Position numbers and translations under genes: made by a program. Positions 1-10,282 of a stretch of 64,000 nt of DNA are shown piece by piece (position 1 is the first letter of the stretch; every line of letters begins with the position of its first letter). This stretch comes from an uncultured archaeon. GTDB taxonomy: Archaea; Thermoplasmatota; Thermoplasmata; Thermoplasmatales; Thermoplasmataceae. The notes beneath the pieces were generated by a model. That model made no database searches and was not told the DNA's origin. It worked only from the letters and a program-made list of their open reading frames with translations. The stretch spans positions 288,001 to 352,000 of the forward strand of contig CP009479.1 of assembly GCA_000965745.1 (NCBI GenBank), read 5' to 3'.

Positions 1-373
1 ACTGCTGTCCCTGAACGGGTTCGTTGCCGAAGGTGCGGGAGAGAACATATTCCTGGTAGAGGACGGGGAGATAGTAACGCCCAGCAAGGAATCCGACATC
101 CTGATAGGAATAACTAGGGATGCGATCATAAGGATAGCAAAATCCATGGACCTTACCGTGACAGAAAGGTTCGTCCACAGGGACGAGCTGTACTATGCGG
201 ACGAGATATTCTTCGCAGGAACGGCAGCGGAAGTCACGCCCATAGTCAACGTTGACGGCGTGAAGGTCGGCAGTGGTTCAGTGGGCGAAATAACCGGAAA
301 GATCAGGGAGGCTTTCTTCAAGGTCGTGAAGGGTGAAAGCTCACAGTTCAAGGACTGGCTGACTGTGGTCTGA
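1..373 (+). CDS. ilvE: Branched-chain amino acid aminotransferase, 3' part (gene starts before window)
   Basis: Class IV aminotransferase motifs EGAGENIF, LIGITR, ADEIFFAGTAAEVTPI; frame is open from the window edge. Confidence 0.9.
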   Translation, partial: LLSLNGFVAEGAGENIFLVEDGEIVTPSKESDILIGITRDAIIRIAKSMDLTVTERFVHRDELYYADEIFFAGTAAEVTPIVNVDGVKVGSGSVGEITGKIREAFFKVVKGESSQFKDWLTVV

Positions 374-375
374 AC

Positions 376-390
376 CTTTTTTTAATTTTA
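376..390 (+). terminator. Oligo-T archaeal-type terminator after ilvE
   Basis: CCTTTTTTTAATTTT immediately after the stop codon. Confidence 0.5.
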
Positions 391-466
391 TACCCTATAC
401 TCGATTTACCCCCTTTTTCTCCCGCAGTTGTGTATGTGCCCTGCTCCTTTTGTGGTAGCCGGGGGC

Positions 467-1150
467 CTACTGACTGGGCTTGAAATCCACGTAAAGGCTG
501 TTTATTGAGTCCCAGAGCTTCGGGAACAGGTAGGAGTTGTAACGGTTTATGAGAAAATCAGTTGTCCCACCCTTCAAGCCTGCCGTCCTGTCCCCTATTA
601 CTCCGAATACCAGGTACAGGTGGGCGATTGCGAACTCCTGAACGCGGTAGTCATACCACATCATCGCTTTCAGGAGGGCCTGCATATCATGGTGCCCCGT
701 ATCATCGGGTTCCTCCTGCAGCAGCTTGGGTATCGTGAGCGAATACTTTGCAAGCCTTTTCTCAAACAGCGGCCATAAGCTCCTTGCGAGGCGTTCGGAT
801 TCATGGTACCTGGGAGAGTCTGCAGTGCTCGCCCCTTCCCCGATTATCTTCCTTATCTTCAGGAAGTCATTTGGCCAGAGGCGCATCAGGAGCTCCTGAG
901 ATTTCTGAGTCAGCCCGCCCCACAGGTTTGCGGCCTGCCCGAGCAGGTCAACTGCTTCCCAGACGTCACTCGCCTGCAGTTTTTCATTGATTCTCTTCAA
1001 CATCAGATTTATCCTGGTCCAGATGAATTCGGCCTCCTGCTGGACTCCCTGGAAATCGCGTTCCCCATCGCAGATCAGATCCTCCTCTTTTTTCTGAAAA
1101 GACAGCATCTTGTCAGCGCTCAGGTACCGTTCATAAGCTGTTTCTGCCAT
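467..1150 (-). CDS. Tryptophan 2,3-dioxygenase-like heme protein
   Basis: YERYLSADKMLSFQ, PNDFLKIR..G..S.ADSPRY and AH..V..VIG...G.KGG..DFL match the TDO fold pattern. Confidence 0.7.
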   Translation of the reverse strand: MAETAYERYLSADKMLSFQKKEEDLICDGERDFQGVQQEAEFIWTRINLMLKRINEKLQASDVWEAVDLLGQAANLWGGLTQKSQELLMRLWPNDFLKIRKIIGEGASTADSPRYHESERLARSLWPLFEKRLAKYSLTIPKLLQEEPDDTGHHDMQALLKAMMWYDYRVQEFAIAHLYLVFGVIGDRTAGLKGGTTDFLINRYNSYLFPKLWDSINSLYVDFKPSQ

Positions 1151-1439
1151 AGAAAAATAACTGGTCAGTTTATATTAATATTATGTACAGACTTGCCACA
1201 GTCTCATCTTCTGAAAAATTTCCTGACTGGCCATGTTTAGCTGACCCCCCGGGGCACATTCCATGTATTCCAACGAAAAAGGTTGAGGTGATTTCAAAAC
1301 GGTCTTTTTTCCCTCCAACCCCATGTCATGCGCCAGTGGGCAGTACAGTCCCCCTCAGTTGCGAAGGGGCGGATTCAAGCCCGATGCCGGTCAGCGTGGA
1401 CAGCCCCTGGGAGTAAGCTCACCTATTTCCTGCAAATTT

Positions 1440-1901
1440 CTACTGCACTACCGAGTATATGTCAAGGGTCCCGGCGAAGTTGTGGTCGGGAACCTGTATA
1501 TTCACAGTAATGTGTGAAGTCTGGCCCGGATTCACGGTTACAGGTAGATTTGGATTTTCAGACACCACGTCAAAGCCGGATGCCTTCACGAAGATCGCTG
1601 TGACCCTGTGGGCCTTGCTGTCGTGGTTGTGGAACGCTATTGTGAAAGAAACTGTCTGCCCTCCCCCGTAGGTCTCATAATTGGCGGTAACGACCTGCAC
1701 CGCGCTGCCGAAGAAGTTGTCAGAAGTGCTGCCGTAACCGAGATGAAGTGTTATTGACGTTATATTCACCGTAACGCCTGTGTCAGAACCTGTAACAAGG
1801 TAAATGCCGGTTGAGACTGCCAGCGCAGCAACAACTGCAGCAGTAACAATGAGCTTGGCTTTCTTCACTGATTCAGGCTTCCCAACTTCAACAGGTTCCA
1901 T
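1440..1901 (-). CDS. Membrane-anchored protein with a probable extracellular beta-rich (Ig-like) domain
   Basis: N-terminal hydrophobic helix followed by beta-strand-rich sequence; start moved to ATG 1901 to avoid overlap with the divergent gene. Confidence 0.65.
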   Translation of the reverse strand: MEPVEVGKPESVKKAKLIVTAAVVAALAVSTGIYLVTGSDTGVTVNITSITLHLGYGSTSDNFFGSAVQVVTANYETYGGGQTVSFTIAFHNHDSKAHRVTAIFVKASGFDVVSENPNLPVTVNPGQTSHITVNIQVPDHNFAGTLDIYSVVQ

Positions 1902-1995
1902 CAGTACATGTAGGATATTCCACATAGTAAAATTTTGCCGGGAATCCATCCCACAAAAATAATTAAAAGTAGAGATCATTTGCATTGGAGGCATT

Positions 1996-3984
1996 ATGTC
2001 CGTACCTATCACAAGCCCGACCCTTGTTTTCGTCCCGCTATATGAACTGGCGATTGATTATTCGCTGTCCTTTGCAGTTACAGCCTTCGTGTTTTACTGG
2101 TGGTACAGGTCATACAGCAGGATCGGCATAGGGTTCAGCGAGATGGGGGCCTACCTCCGCTCAAACTGGAGGGGAATGGCTTCAAAGTACCTTTCATTCG
2201 GAATCTTCCACCGGAAGAACAAGGAAGACCATTACGCGGGCACAATGCACATAATGATCTCTTTCGGCATCCTGATACTTTTTATCGCCACATCGCTGAT
2301 TTTCCTGTCCCATGACATAATCAAGCCGCTGTTCCACTTCGGCATACTGGTCGGCGCGTTCTATCTCAACTTCGAAGTCTGGGCCAACATCGGCGGGGTA
2401 ATGCTGATTGCAGGCCTCATTATGGCACTCTACAGGAGGCTGGCAAAGAGGGTAAGGCTCGATACAGTAGCCGATGACTACATGATAATAGCCGGCCTCA
2501 TGATACTTGCACTCCAGGGTTTTTTCCTGGGGGCCTTGAAAATTGCCCTTTTCAGAAATGCCTTTGACGCCTACAGGTTCGTTGAGTGGGGCCTGAGCTA
2601 CATCTTCCCGGCAGTAGGCCTTACAGGAAACCTGGGCATAGCCTTCTACAGGGGACTCTGGTTGGTGCACATTGCGTCAGCATTCGCACTGGTTGCCTAC
2701 CTGCCGTATTCCAAGCTTTCCCATATGGCCCTGGCTGCTGTATACATAAGCGCCCACAAGGAAAAGCCCAGAGGGGAGATGACGACCCCGTTCATGCTTG
2801 CCGAGGCCCTTGAGACCGGAAACTTCGAGTTCACCGTAGGGGCAAAGAAGGTTACAGACCTGCCGAAACTGAAGCTGGCAGAAGCAATGGCCTGCACTGA
2901 CTGCGGAAGATGTGAGCGCGCATGCCCTGCGGTTATGGCCGGAAGTGACCTTGACCCCAGAGTGGTTGTCCAGAACGTCAAGAAAACAGCAGGAAATGGA
3001 GAGCTGGAGCTGAACCCGGGAATATTGACCGAGAATGCCAGCTGGGCCTGCACAACATGCCAGGCCTGCGTGGAGGAATGCCCTGTTGTTATAGATCCGC
3101 ATTCGTATGTTTTGGAGGCAAGAAGGAATCTCGTGATGGAGAACAGGATCTCAAAGGAGACCGGGCAGTACCTCAACAACCTCACCAACACCCTCAACCC
3201 GTTCGGCAACCCCCCGGGGGACAGGGACAAGCTCCTGGATTACGCCCCCAAGTTTGATTCCGACAAGGAGGTTCTGTACTGGGTCGGATGCATGGGCGCA
3301 TTTGATCCGAGGGATAACAAGACCGCCATAACAATCCTGGAGTTGCTGAAGAAAGCAAACGTGAACTTCGGGATCCTGGGCTCAGAAGAGAAATGCACCG
3401 GTGAGACCGCAAGAAGAATCGGTGAGGAAGGGAGGTTCCAGGAGCTCGTGATGCAGAACGTTGAGACTTTCCAGAATCACGGGGTCAAGAAGATAGTCAC
3501 CGCCTGCCCGCACTGCTACAACACATTCAAGAACGAGTACCCCAAATTCGGCCTGGAAGCTGAAGTGGAGCACCACTCTGAGTTCCTTGCCAACCTCGTG
3601 AAGGAAGGGAAGCTCAGGATGCGCAGGGGGAAGGGGAACATAACTCTTCACGATCCATGCTACCTCGGCAGGATAAACGACGAGTACGACAACACGAGGA
3701 ACATTGTGAGCTCTTCCGGAAACCTTACCGAGATGGAAAGGTCAAGGGAAAAGAGCATGTGCTGCGGTGCCGGAGGGGGAAACTACTGGTACAAGGTCGA
3801 AAGCCAGGACTCCGTGAGCAAACTCAGAATGCAGCAGGTTCTCGAAACAGGTGCAGATCAGCTTGCTGTTGCCTGCCCGTTCTGCATGCCCATGCTTTCG
3901 GACGCTGCAAGGACCCTGAATGCAGAGAACAATATCGAGATCAAGGATGTTGCAGAACTAATCAGGGACAACCTGGAAGAATAG
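1996..3984 (+). CDS. FadF/HdrF-like membrane Fe-S oxidoreductase (NarI-like TM domain, 2x[4Fe-4S], 2 CCG domains)
   Basis: TM helices; CTDCGRCERACP and CTTCQACVEECP; ACPHC, HDPC, CCGAGGG, ACPFC; next to etfAB. Confidence 0.88.
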   Translation: MSVPITSPTLVFVPLYELAIDYSLSFAVTAFVFYWWYRSYSRIGIGFSEMGAYLRSNWRGMASKYLSFGIFHRKNKEDHYAGTMHIMISFGILILFIATSLIFLSHDIIKPLFHFGILVGAFYLNFEVWANIGGVMLIAGLIMALYRRLAKRVRLDTVADDYMIIAGLMILALQGFFLGALKIALFRNAFDAYRFVEWGLSYIFPAVGLTGNLGIAFYRGLWLVHIASAFALVAYLPYSKLSHMALAAVYISAHKEKPRGEMTTPFMLAEALETGNFEFTVGAKKVTDLPKLKLAEAMACTDCGRCERACPAVMAGSDLDPRVVVQNVKKTAGNGELELNPGILTENASWACTTCQACVEECPVVIDPHSYVLEARRNLVMENRISKETGQYLNNLTNTLNPFGNPPGDRDKLLDYAPKFDSDKEVLYWVGCMGAFDPRDNKTAITILELLKKANVNFGILGSEEKCTGETARRIGEEGRFQELVMQNVETFQNHGVKKIVTACPHCYNTFKNEYPKFGLEAEVEHHSEFLANLVKEGKLRMRRGKGNITLHDPCYLGRINDEYDNTRNIVSSSGNLTEMERSREKSMCCGAGGGNYWYKVESQDSVSKLRMQQVLETGADQLAVACPFCMPMLSDAARTLNAENNIEIKDVAELIRDNLEE

Positions 3985-4052
3985 ACTTACCGGCCTGCCC
4001 TGAAGATACAAACATTCAACTATCTCCACCTTTTATTTATGAATTGATAGAA

Positions 4053-4898
4053 ATGTTTGAGCAGGGTCTTCTTGAAGGGAAGAATATCATAATCACAGGC
4101 GGCGGAACTGGTCTGGGAAGGAGCATGGCCCTGAAGTTCGCCTCGCTTGGAGCCGGAATTGCCATACTTGGCAGAAGGAAAGAGCCTCTGGAGGGAACAG
4201 TGCAGGAGCTGAAAGACAGTGGGGCGGATGCAGTCTTCTCGGTCTGCGACATAAGGAAGCCGGATGAAATAGAGGCAGCATTCAATTCATTCCAGGAACA
4301 TTTCGGGTCTCTTGACACACTCGTAAACAATGCTGCCGGCAACTTCATCAGCCAGACTGAAAAGCTTTCCACCAATGCGGTTGATGCAGTCCTGAATATT
4401 GTGCTTCATGGCACATTCTACTGCACGCTCGATATGGGCAGGAGGTGGATAGCTTCCGGCAGGAAAGGCACAATCCTCAACATAGTCACGACCTACGCCT
4501 GGACCGGGTCCGGCTACGTGGTACCATCAGCGGCTGCGAAAGCCGGGGTCCTGGCACTCACCAGGTCACTTGCGGCTGAGTGGGGAAAGTACGGCATAAG
4601 GCAGGTGGCGATTGCACCGGGGCCTTTCGAGACGAGAGGTGCATGGGACAGGCTTGCCCCTACCGAAGATATAGCGAAAGTGATGGCTGCCAATGTGCCG
4701 CTGGGGAGAACCGGCACCCACGAGGAGCTGGCCAACCTGGCAACCTACCTGATATCTGACTATGCCGGATACATCAACGGGGAGGTTGTTGCCATAGACG
4801 GAGGCGAATGGGTAAACGGAGCCGGACAGTTCAACAGGCTGTCCATGCTCTCAGATTCGGACTGGGAAAAGATAAGGTCATTACGGAAAAGAAAGTGA
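4053..4898 (+). CDS. 2,4-dienoyl-CoA reductase (SDR family)
   Basis: TGGGTGLG, NNAAGNF, SAAAKAGV; true start ATG 4053. Confidence 0.88.
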   Translation: MFEQGLLEGKNIIITGGGTGLGRSMALKFASLGAGIAILGRRKEPLEGTVQELKDSGADAVFSVCDIRKPDEIEAAFNSFQEHFGSLDTLVNNAAGNFISQTEKLSTNAVDAVLNIVLHGTFYCTLDMGRRWIASGRKGTILNIVTTYAWTGSGYVVPSAAAKAGVLALTRSLAAEWGKYGIRQVAIAPGPFETRGAWDRLAPTEDIAKVMAANVPLGRTGTHEELANLATYLISDYAGYINGEVVAIDGGEWVNGAGQFNRLSMLSDSDWEKIRSLRKRK

Positions 4899-4956
4899 TT
4901 GCAGGCCCCTGACAAATTCCAGGGCTGCGCGATCCATAATTGGGGATAAAACAGGA

Positions 4957-5850
4957 TCAGGACTGCAGTGCCTGCACAAGCTTGGGGACGATCTGGTACA
5001 GGTCTCCCACAATCCCGTAATCAGCTTCCTCGAATATCGGGGCATCCTTGTCCTTGTTCACGGCTATAACAGTCTTTGAATCCCTCATTCCCGCTATGTG
5101 CTGGATCTGGCCTGAAACTCCAAGAGCAATGTAGATCTTGGGCTTGACCTTCTTTCCTGAGAGGCCAACCTGCCTGTCTTCCGTGAGCCACTGGTAATCA
5201 AGGCATACCGGCCTTGAACCTGCCAGTTCCCCCTTGACTGCTTTTACAAGAGGCTCCACCTCGGATATGCCCTCCTTCTTTCCCAGTCCCCTTCCGACGC
5301 ATACTATGACCTCAGCCTTCTCGAGATTCACCGCAGTTGCCTGCTTCTCTATCCTCTCAACAAGAGAGAGCTTCGAATCCCCAAGCTGGACTTCCTCTGT
5401 CGCTGATGCTCCTTCTGCAGGCTCAGGGTCGGCGATGCCGGGCATAAGGGTAAGCACCTTTGCGCCTGATTCCTCTTCAACGACTGTCTTGCCGCCGTGG
5501 GCAAACCTCCTGGTCACAGCCTTGCCGTCCTTTGGCTCGAATGATATCAGTTCCGTCATTGGCTGGAGCCCAAGTGAAGCGGAGAGAGACCCTGCGATCT
5601 CCCTTCCAAGGGTTGTTGATCCGAGGAAGATGAAGTCGTATGATCCGTTCTCGTATATCTGCCTGATCGCAGATGAGATGTTGTCGTAGAATGAGTCGCC
5701 CTTGAGTGAGTAAATCTTGCCTGCACCGTAATTGAGGACATCACCTGCGCCTTCTGCTTCCGTAACGCCGTCAGCGTCCATCATTTTCCTGATGTATGTC
5801 AGGGATTCCTGAAGAACTGATACATTGTCGGAATAGACTAGTGCCTTCAT
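4957..5850 (-). CDS. etfA: Electron transfer flavoprotein alpha subunit
   Basis: GRGLG, GSRP, QVGLSGK, GVSGQIQH.AGM, NKD..APIF..ADYGIVGD. Confidence 0.95.
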   Translation of the reverse strand: MKALVYSDNVSVLQESLTYIRKMMDADGVTEAEGAGDVLNYGAGKIYSLKGDSFYDNISSAIRQIYENGSYDFIFLGSTTLGREIAGSLSASLGLQPMTELISFEPKDGKAVTRRFAHGGKTVVEEESGAKVLTLMPGIADPEPAEGASATEEVQLGDSKLSLVERIEKQATAVNLEKAEVIVCVGRGLGKKEGISEVEPLVKAVKGELAGSRPVCLDYQWLTEDRQVGLSGKKVKPKIYIALGVSGQIQHIAGMRDSKTVIAVNKDKDAPIFEEADYGIVGDLYQIVPKLVQALQS

Positions 5851-6593
5851 CTTATCACCTCTTTTATTGCCTTTACAACCTCGGGGATACCTTTCTCAGG
5901 GTCTTCATAAACTTCCCTCTTCCTGTCGCTCTTGGGAGCCCTGTCAGACAGCACCTTCACCCCGGATTCTTCGTTGATTCCGGCCTGTTCACTGTTAATC
6001 GGCTTCCTTCCGGCTGCCATTATCTGAAGGACAGGAGGCAGCCTTGGCTCGTTGATCTCCTGTGCGACGGATATGATCGCGGGCAGTTTTGATGAGAGTA
6101 TGACATTGTGGTCTTCCAGAACCCGGGTTACCTTGACCTGGCCGTCCGCGGGCTCCACCGAGATAGCGTTCCCGATCAGCGGCTCTCCCAGCAGGGATGA
6201 CAGCATGCCGGGCAGCAGGCCTGTGTATGTGTCCGCAGACTGGTTTCCCAGTATCACCATGTCATGCTCCATTCCCTTCAGCTTCCCTGCCAGCACTTTT
6301 GCGGTGAGGGCGGGCGAGTTGTCCTGGTATCCCGTGATGACGAAACCTTCGTCCACACCCATTGCATATGCCTCTTTCATCGCCGCATTTGACCTGTCCG
6401 TCCCGAATATGAGGCCGGTCACCTTTCCACCGTTCTTCTCCTTGAGCTGCACCGCCGCCTCAATGGCGTTCTTGCTAAGATTCTCGATCCTGAGCGGCAG
6501 ATTCTGTGTCATCGGCTCACCGGTATTCTGATCGGTTTTCATCTGATCTATATCCGGTATCTGTTTTATCAGAACAGCGATATTATACGGCAT
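5847..6593 (-). CDS. etfB: Electron transfer flavoprotein beta subunit
   Basis: IKQIPD, AMGVD, GNQSAD..TG, INEPRLP; overlaps the etfA start. Confidence 0.95.
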   Translation of the reverse strand: MPYNIAVLIKQIPDIDQMKTDQNTGEPMTQNLPLRIENLSKNAIEAAVQLKEKNGGKVTGLIFGTDRSNAAMKEAYAMGVDEGFVITGYQDNSPALTAKVLAGKLKGMEHDMVILGNQSADTYTGLLPGMLSSLLGEPLIGNAISVEPADGQVKVTRVLEDHNVILSSKLPAIISVAQEINEPRLPPVLQIMAAGRKPINSEQAGINEESGVKVLSDRAPKSDRKREVYEDPEKGIPEVVKAIKEVIR

Positions 6594-6896
6594 AACAAAT
6601 CACTATCACCATAGTATCTTTTTAGGTTTATATTTTCGCCTGCACTGTTCCTGCATTGGTGGAATAAGCTGTTATGCGTGGTTTCCATGAGGTCCGGTGG
6701 AGATGCGCAGCGATGTCGGGCCACTCCTCCCGGTTCCATCTGAATTCCGTGGGTGCATACCTGACCGGATTTCTGAGATTCGAACCTCCTGGGCTGGAAG
6801 TGCCTAGACACCAATTAACAGTGGATTTGCGGTTGCAACTGTTGAGAAACACTTTTTACCATCAATTGCGTTGAATATAACAGGTGTGATTTTCGA

Positions 6897-8090
6897 ATGA
6901 GCGAAGGCAATGAGGTTTACCTCGTTAATTACAGAAGAAGCGCTTTTTCCCGTTCAAGGCCCAACGACCCTGAAAGGGACGCGTTCAATTCAATAAGGAT
7001 GGATGAGGCGCTGGCCAGACTTATAGACAACTCTGCGGCCGAGACGGGCATAAAGAAGGAGGAGATAGAGGATGTCATAGTGGGATGCGCGATCCAGGCG
7101 GATGAGAACTGGACATATGGCGGGAAGCACCCGGCCCTCCTTTCAAGCCTTCCCGTGTCGGTGCCCTCCATGGCACTGGACCGTGCGTGCGCATCCTCCC
7201 TCAATGCGCTGACCATAGGGTCGATGGAAATAATGTCTGGTAACGCGGAAATAGTTCTGGCGGGCGGAATGGAACACATGACCCATGTCCCCCTAGGGAA
7301 TAATGATCATATCAAGCCCAATATCAAGCTGCTTGTGAGGCCGGAGTACCAGAAATATGACATGAACACGGGGTATTCCATGGGCCTGACAGCCGAGAAA
7401 CTGGCCGGGGAGAGGAAGATCACCAGGGACGAGATGGACGAATTCTCGCTGAACAGCCACCTCCGGGCGGCAAAGGCGAGAGACAGCGGGTTCCTTGGCG
7501 GGGAGATCATGCCCATGGAAGTGGAGAAAGACGGGGATTTCGTGACAGTGGACCAGGACCAGAGCATAAGGGACAGAGTTTCCATGGAACAGATGAAGAA
7601 ACTTTCGCCTGCCTTCAGGAACGACGGCGTGATAACAGCAGGGAATTCATCGCCACTGAATGCCGGTGCAACCCTTACCATGCTAATGTCAAAGAAGAAG
7701 GTCGATGAATACGGCCTGGAGCCACTGGCAAGAGTTGTTTCAATGGGCTGGGCTGCGGTTCCCCCCTCGATAATGGGTGAGGGGCCTGTGCCTGCGTCAA
7801 GAAAGGCCCTGAAAAGGGCAGGCCTCAGTGTCGATGACATAGACTACTGGGAGATAAACGAGGCGTTCGCTGTGGTGGTGCTCAACGCGATCAGGGAGCT
7901 TAACATAGATCCGGAAAGGGTGAACGTGAACGGAGGCGCAATAGCCATAGGGCACCCTCTGGGAGCTACTGGCGCAAGGCTTGCGGGAACACTTGCCCGG
8001 ACCCTGCAGAAGAACAGAAAGGACCTCGGAATGGCTACACTCTGCGTAGGCGGAGGCCAGGGCTACTCTGTTGTGTTTGAGAGGGTGTGA
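6897..8090 (+). CDS. Acetyl-CoA C-acyltransferase (thiolase)
   Basis: RACASS, EINEAFA, GGAIAIGHPLGATG, CVGGGQG. Confidence 0.95.
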   Translation: MSEGNEVYLVNYRRSAFSRSRPNDPERDAFNSIRMDEALARLIDNSAAETGIKKEEIEDVIVGCAIQADENWTYGGKHPALLSSLPVSVPSMALDRACASSLNALTIGSMEIMSGNAEIVLAGGMEHMTHVPLGNNDHIKPNIKLLVRPEYQKYDMNTGYSMGLTAEKLAGERKITRDEMDEFSLNSHLRAAKARDSGFLGGEIMPMEVEKDGDFVTVDQDQSIRDRVSMEQMKKLSPAFRNDGVITAGNSSPLNAGATLTMLMSKKKVDEYGLEPLARVVSMGWAAVPPSIMGEGPVPASRKALKRAGLSVDDIDYWEINEAFAVVVLNAIRELNIDPERVNVNGGAIAIGHPLGATGARLAGTLARTLQKNRKDLGMATLCVGGGQGYSVVFERV

Positions 8091-8094
8091 AAGC

Positions 8095-9219
8095 ATGGAT
8101 TTTGAATTTCCGGAGGAAATAGTGAGTTTCAGGGAGAAGGTGAGAGAGTTCGCGGAGAGGGAGTTTACACCGGAACTGGCAAGAAAATTCGACCGTGAGG
8201 AGAAGTATCCGGATGAGCTCAAGGACAGGGTCATCAGGGAAAAGCTGGTGGACCCTTCAGACCCCTGGAAGACGCTCGTCGCCATAGAGGAGCTCTGCAG
8301 GCATGACCCGGGATTGGGAATATCAGCGACTGTTCCGTTCTTCGGCGAGGAAGTCCTTCTGCTCTTTGGAAGCGATGAGCAGAAGAAGAAGTACCTGGAA
8401 AAAGTGAACAACGGCGAGGCAATGATGGGTCTCGCCGTCACAGAGCCCGGCGGAGGCAGCGACGTAGCAGGCATAAAGACCAATGCAAAGGACATGGGCG
8501 ACCACTACCTTGTCAACGGCTCCAAGATGTTCATCACAAATGGCGGGATCGCCGATTACCTTGTCATGCTTGTTAGGACATCCGAGCCCGACGAGAAGAG
8601 GCACCACGGTCTCAGCACATTTCTCGTGGAGACAGGATGGGAGGGTTTCAAGGCCAACAAGCTTGTAGGCAAGCTTGGTGTCAGGGCAACCAATACTGCG
8701 GAACTGCAGATCACAAACATGAAGGTCCCAAAGGAGAACCTCATCGGAGAGGAGGGGAAAGGGTTCTACTACATCATGACATTCTTCAACATCAGCAGGG
8801 TCTTTGTCGCAGCCCAGGGCCTGGGAATTGCCCAGGGAATACTTGACCGCTCCGTGAGATTCGTCAACGAGATGTCGCATGAAGATGAAGGCTACAACAG
8901 GGAGCAGATACAGTTCCATCTTGCAGACATAGCAACAAGGGTTGAGGCTGCAAGGAACCTCACGTACAAGGCAGCCTCGTTCCTCTTCCAGTTCAAGCCG
9001 GACCCCATGATAACGAGCATGGCGAAGGCCTATGCTTCCGAAGCTGCAGTTTTCGCCTCCGAGAAGGCAATGGAGATCACGGGCCTTTTCGGCCTTACTT
9101 CCGATCTGGAACGGTATTTCCGGGATGCAAAGATCACTGAGATCTGGGAAGGGACGAGCGAAGTGGAGAGGCTCATCATTTCCAGGATGCTGAGAAAGGC
9201 ACAGGCAGGTGAGCAGTAA
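8095..9219 (+). CDS. Acyl-CoA dehydrogenase
   Basis: AVTEPGGGSD, NGSKMFITNG, RDAKITEIWEGTSE. Confidence 0.93.
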   Translation: MDFEFPEEIVSFREKVREFAEREFTPELARKFDREEKYPDELKDRVIREKLVDPSDPWKTLVAIEELCRHDPGLGISATVPFFGEEVLLLFGSDEQKKKYLEKVNNGEAMMGLAVTEPGGGSDVAGIKTNAKDMGDHYLVNGSKMFITNGGIADYLVMLVRTSEPDEKRHHGLSTFLVETGWEGFKANKLVGKLGVRATNTAELQITNMKVPKENLIGEEGKGFYYIMTFFNISRVFVAAQGLGIAQGILDRSVRFVNEMSHEDEGYNREQIQFHLADIATRVEAARNLTYKAASFLFQFKPDPMITSMAKAYASEAAVFASEKAMEITGLFGLTSDLERYFRDAKITEIWEGTSEVERLIISRMLRKAQAGEQ

Positions 9220-10271
9220 TGGTTACAGAAGAGCATGAAATCCTGAGGTCAACCGTAAGGGAATATGTGCAGAAAACACTCGAACCTGGTGCGCTGGATA
9301 TAGAGAGGGATGGACTTGGCGAAGAGATCAGGAAATCAGTGTCTGCCCAGGGGTTCCTCGGGGCCAGGATCAGCAGCGACCTGGGAGGCTCTGATCTCGA
9401 TGAGGCAGGATACCTGATACTCCTGGATGAGATAGCGAGGGCGTCGCCTTCGGTGAGCGTCGACATAATGCTCCTGAACTCTTTCTTCTATCCGCTCGCC
9501 TCCGGTTCCGATGAAGGCAGGGATGCAGTGAAGAGGGTCCTGTCTGAAGGAAAAGGGGCAACGGTGGTTCTCAACACCATCCTGGAGGGATACAGGAATG
9601 AGGGTGAACTCATGGACGGTTCCTCAAAGATTACTGGAGTAAGGGACAACGTGCTGAACAGGAATGCCGCAATGTCAATCCTGGATGCCGGGAACGGATC
9701 GCTTGTGCTGGTCGATGATGCTTCCGTTTTCTCAAAAAAGGATTATTCCCTTGGATTCAGGGGACTTGGAATGGCGAAGATGGAGATGAGGGGCACAGAG
9801 TTCAGGACTGTCGCCGGGAAGGGGGCAGAGCATGCCCTCGACAGGGCCATGAATGAGTCTGACCCTGCAGTATCAGCGATCGCACTGGGAATCATTTCGG
9901 GATGCCTTCAGAAAGGGATAGACTACTCGAAGGTAAGGAAGACTTTCGGGCAGCCCCTGAGTGCGTACCAGCCGGTCGCATTCACCCTGTCCTCCCTGAA
10001 GGCCGAGGAAGAATTGCTCAGAAGGACATTGTATTCCGGGGACCTGGGGGAGAAGGAGAAGCTGATGCTGAAGATCAGTTCACTCGACCTGGCAAAGAGG
10101 GCTTCGAAGTATGCCCTGCAGGTGCACGGAGGCTACGGGTATTTCGAGGATTTCGGTGTGGAGAAGTTCTACAGGGACAGCACTGCCCTCGCGACTCTGT
10201 TCGGCAGATCGGTTAGGGACATGGAAAGGCTCTCGCACCATATCTACGGAGAAAAAGCAGGGTTCCTGTAA
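9219..10271 (+). CDS. Acyl-CoA dehydrogenase-like protein (degenerate, possible partner subunit)
   Basis: RKTFGQPL and QVHGGYGY retained; TEP and catalytic EG motifs absent; TAATG coupling with the upstream ACAD. Confidence 0.8.
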   Translation: MVTEEHEILRSTVREYVQKTLEPGALDIERDGLGEEIRKSVSAQGFLGARISSDLGGSDLDEAGYLILLDEIARASPSVSVDIMLLNSFFYPLASGSDEGRDAVKRVLSEGKGATVVLNTILEGYRNEGELMDGSSKITGVRDNVLNRNAAMSILDAGNGSLVLVDDASVFSKKDYSLGFRGLGMAKMEMRGTEFRTVAGKGAEHALDRAMNESDPAVSAIALGIISGCLQKGIDYSKVRKTFGQPLSAYQPVAFTLSSLKAEEELLRRTLYSGDLGEKEKLMLKISSLDLAKRASKYALQVHGGYGYFEDFGVEKFYRDSTALATLFGRSVRDMERLSHHIYGEKAGFL

Positions 10272-10282
10272 AAATAAATTTT

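Noticed and set aside
1325-1415. GC-rich hairpins with a T-loop-like GGATTCAAGCCC
   Set aside because: Could not be folded into a cloverleaf or matched to an RNA family I recognise.
3657-4052. N-terminal extension of the SDR ORF
   Set aside because: Overlaps the Fe-S oxidoreductase gene in another frame; the SDR fold starts at ATG 4053.
6600-6890. Possible riboswitch between etfB and the thiolase gene
   Set aside because: No TPP or other aptamer consensus recognised; probably divergent promoters.
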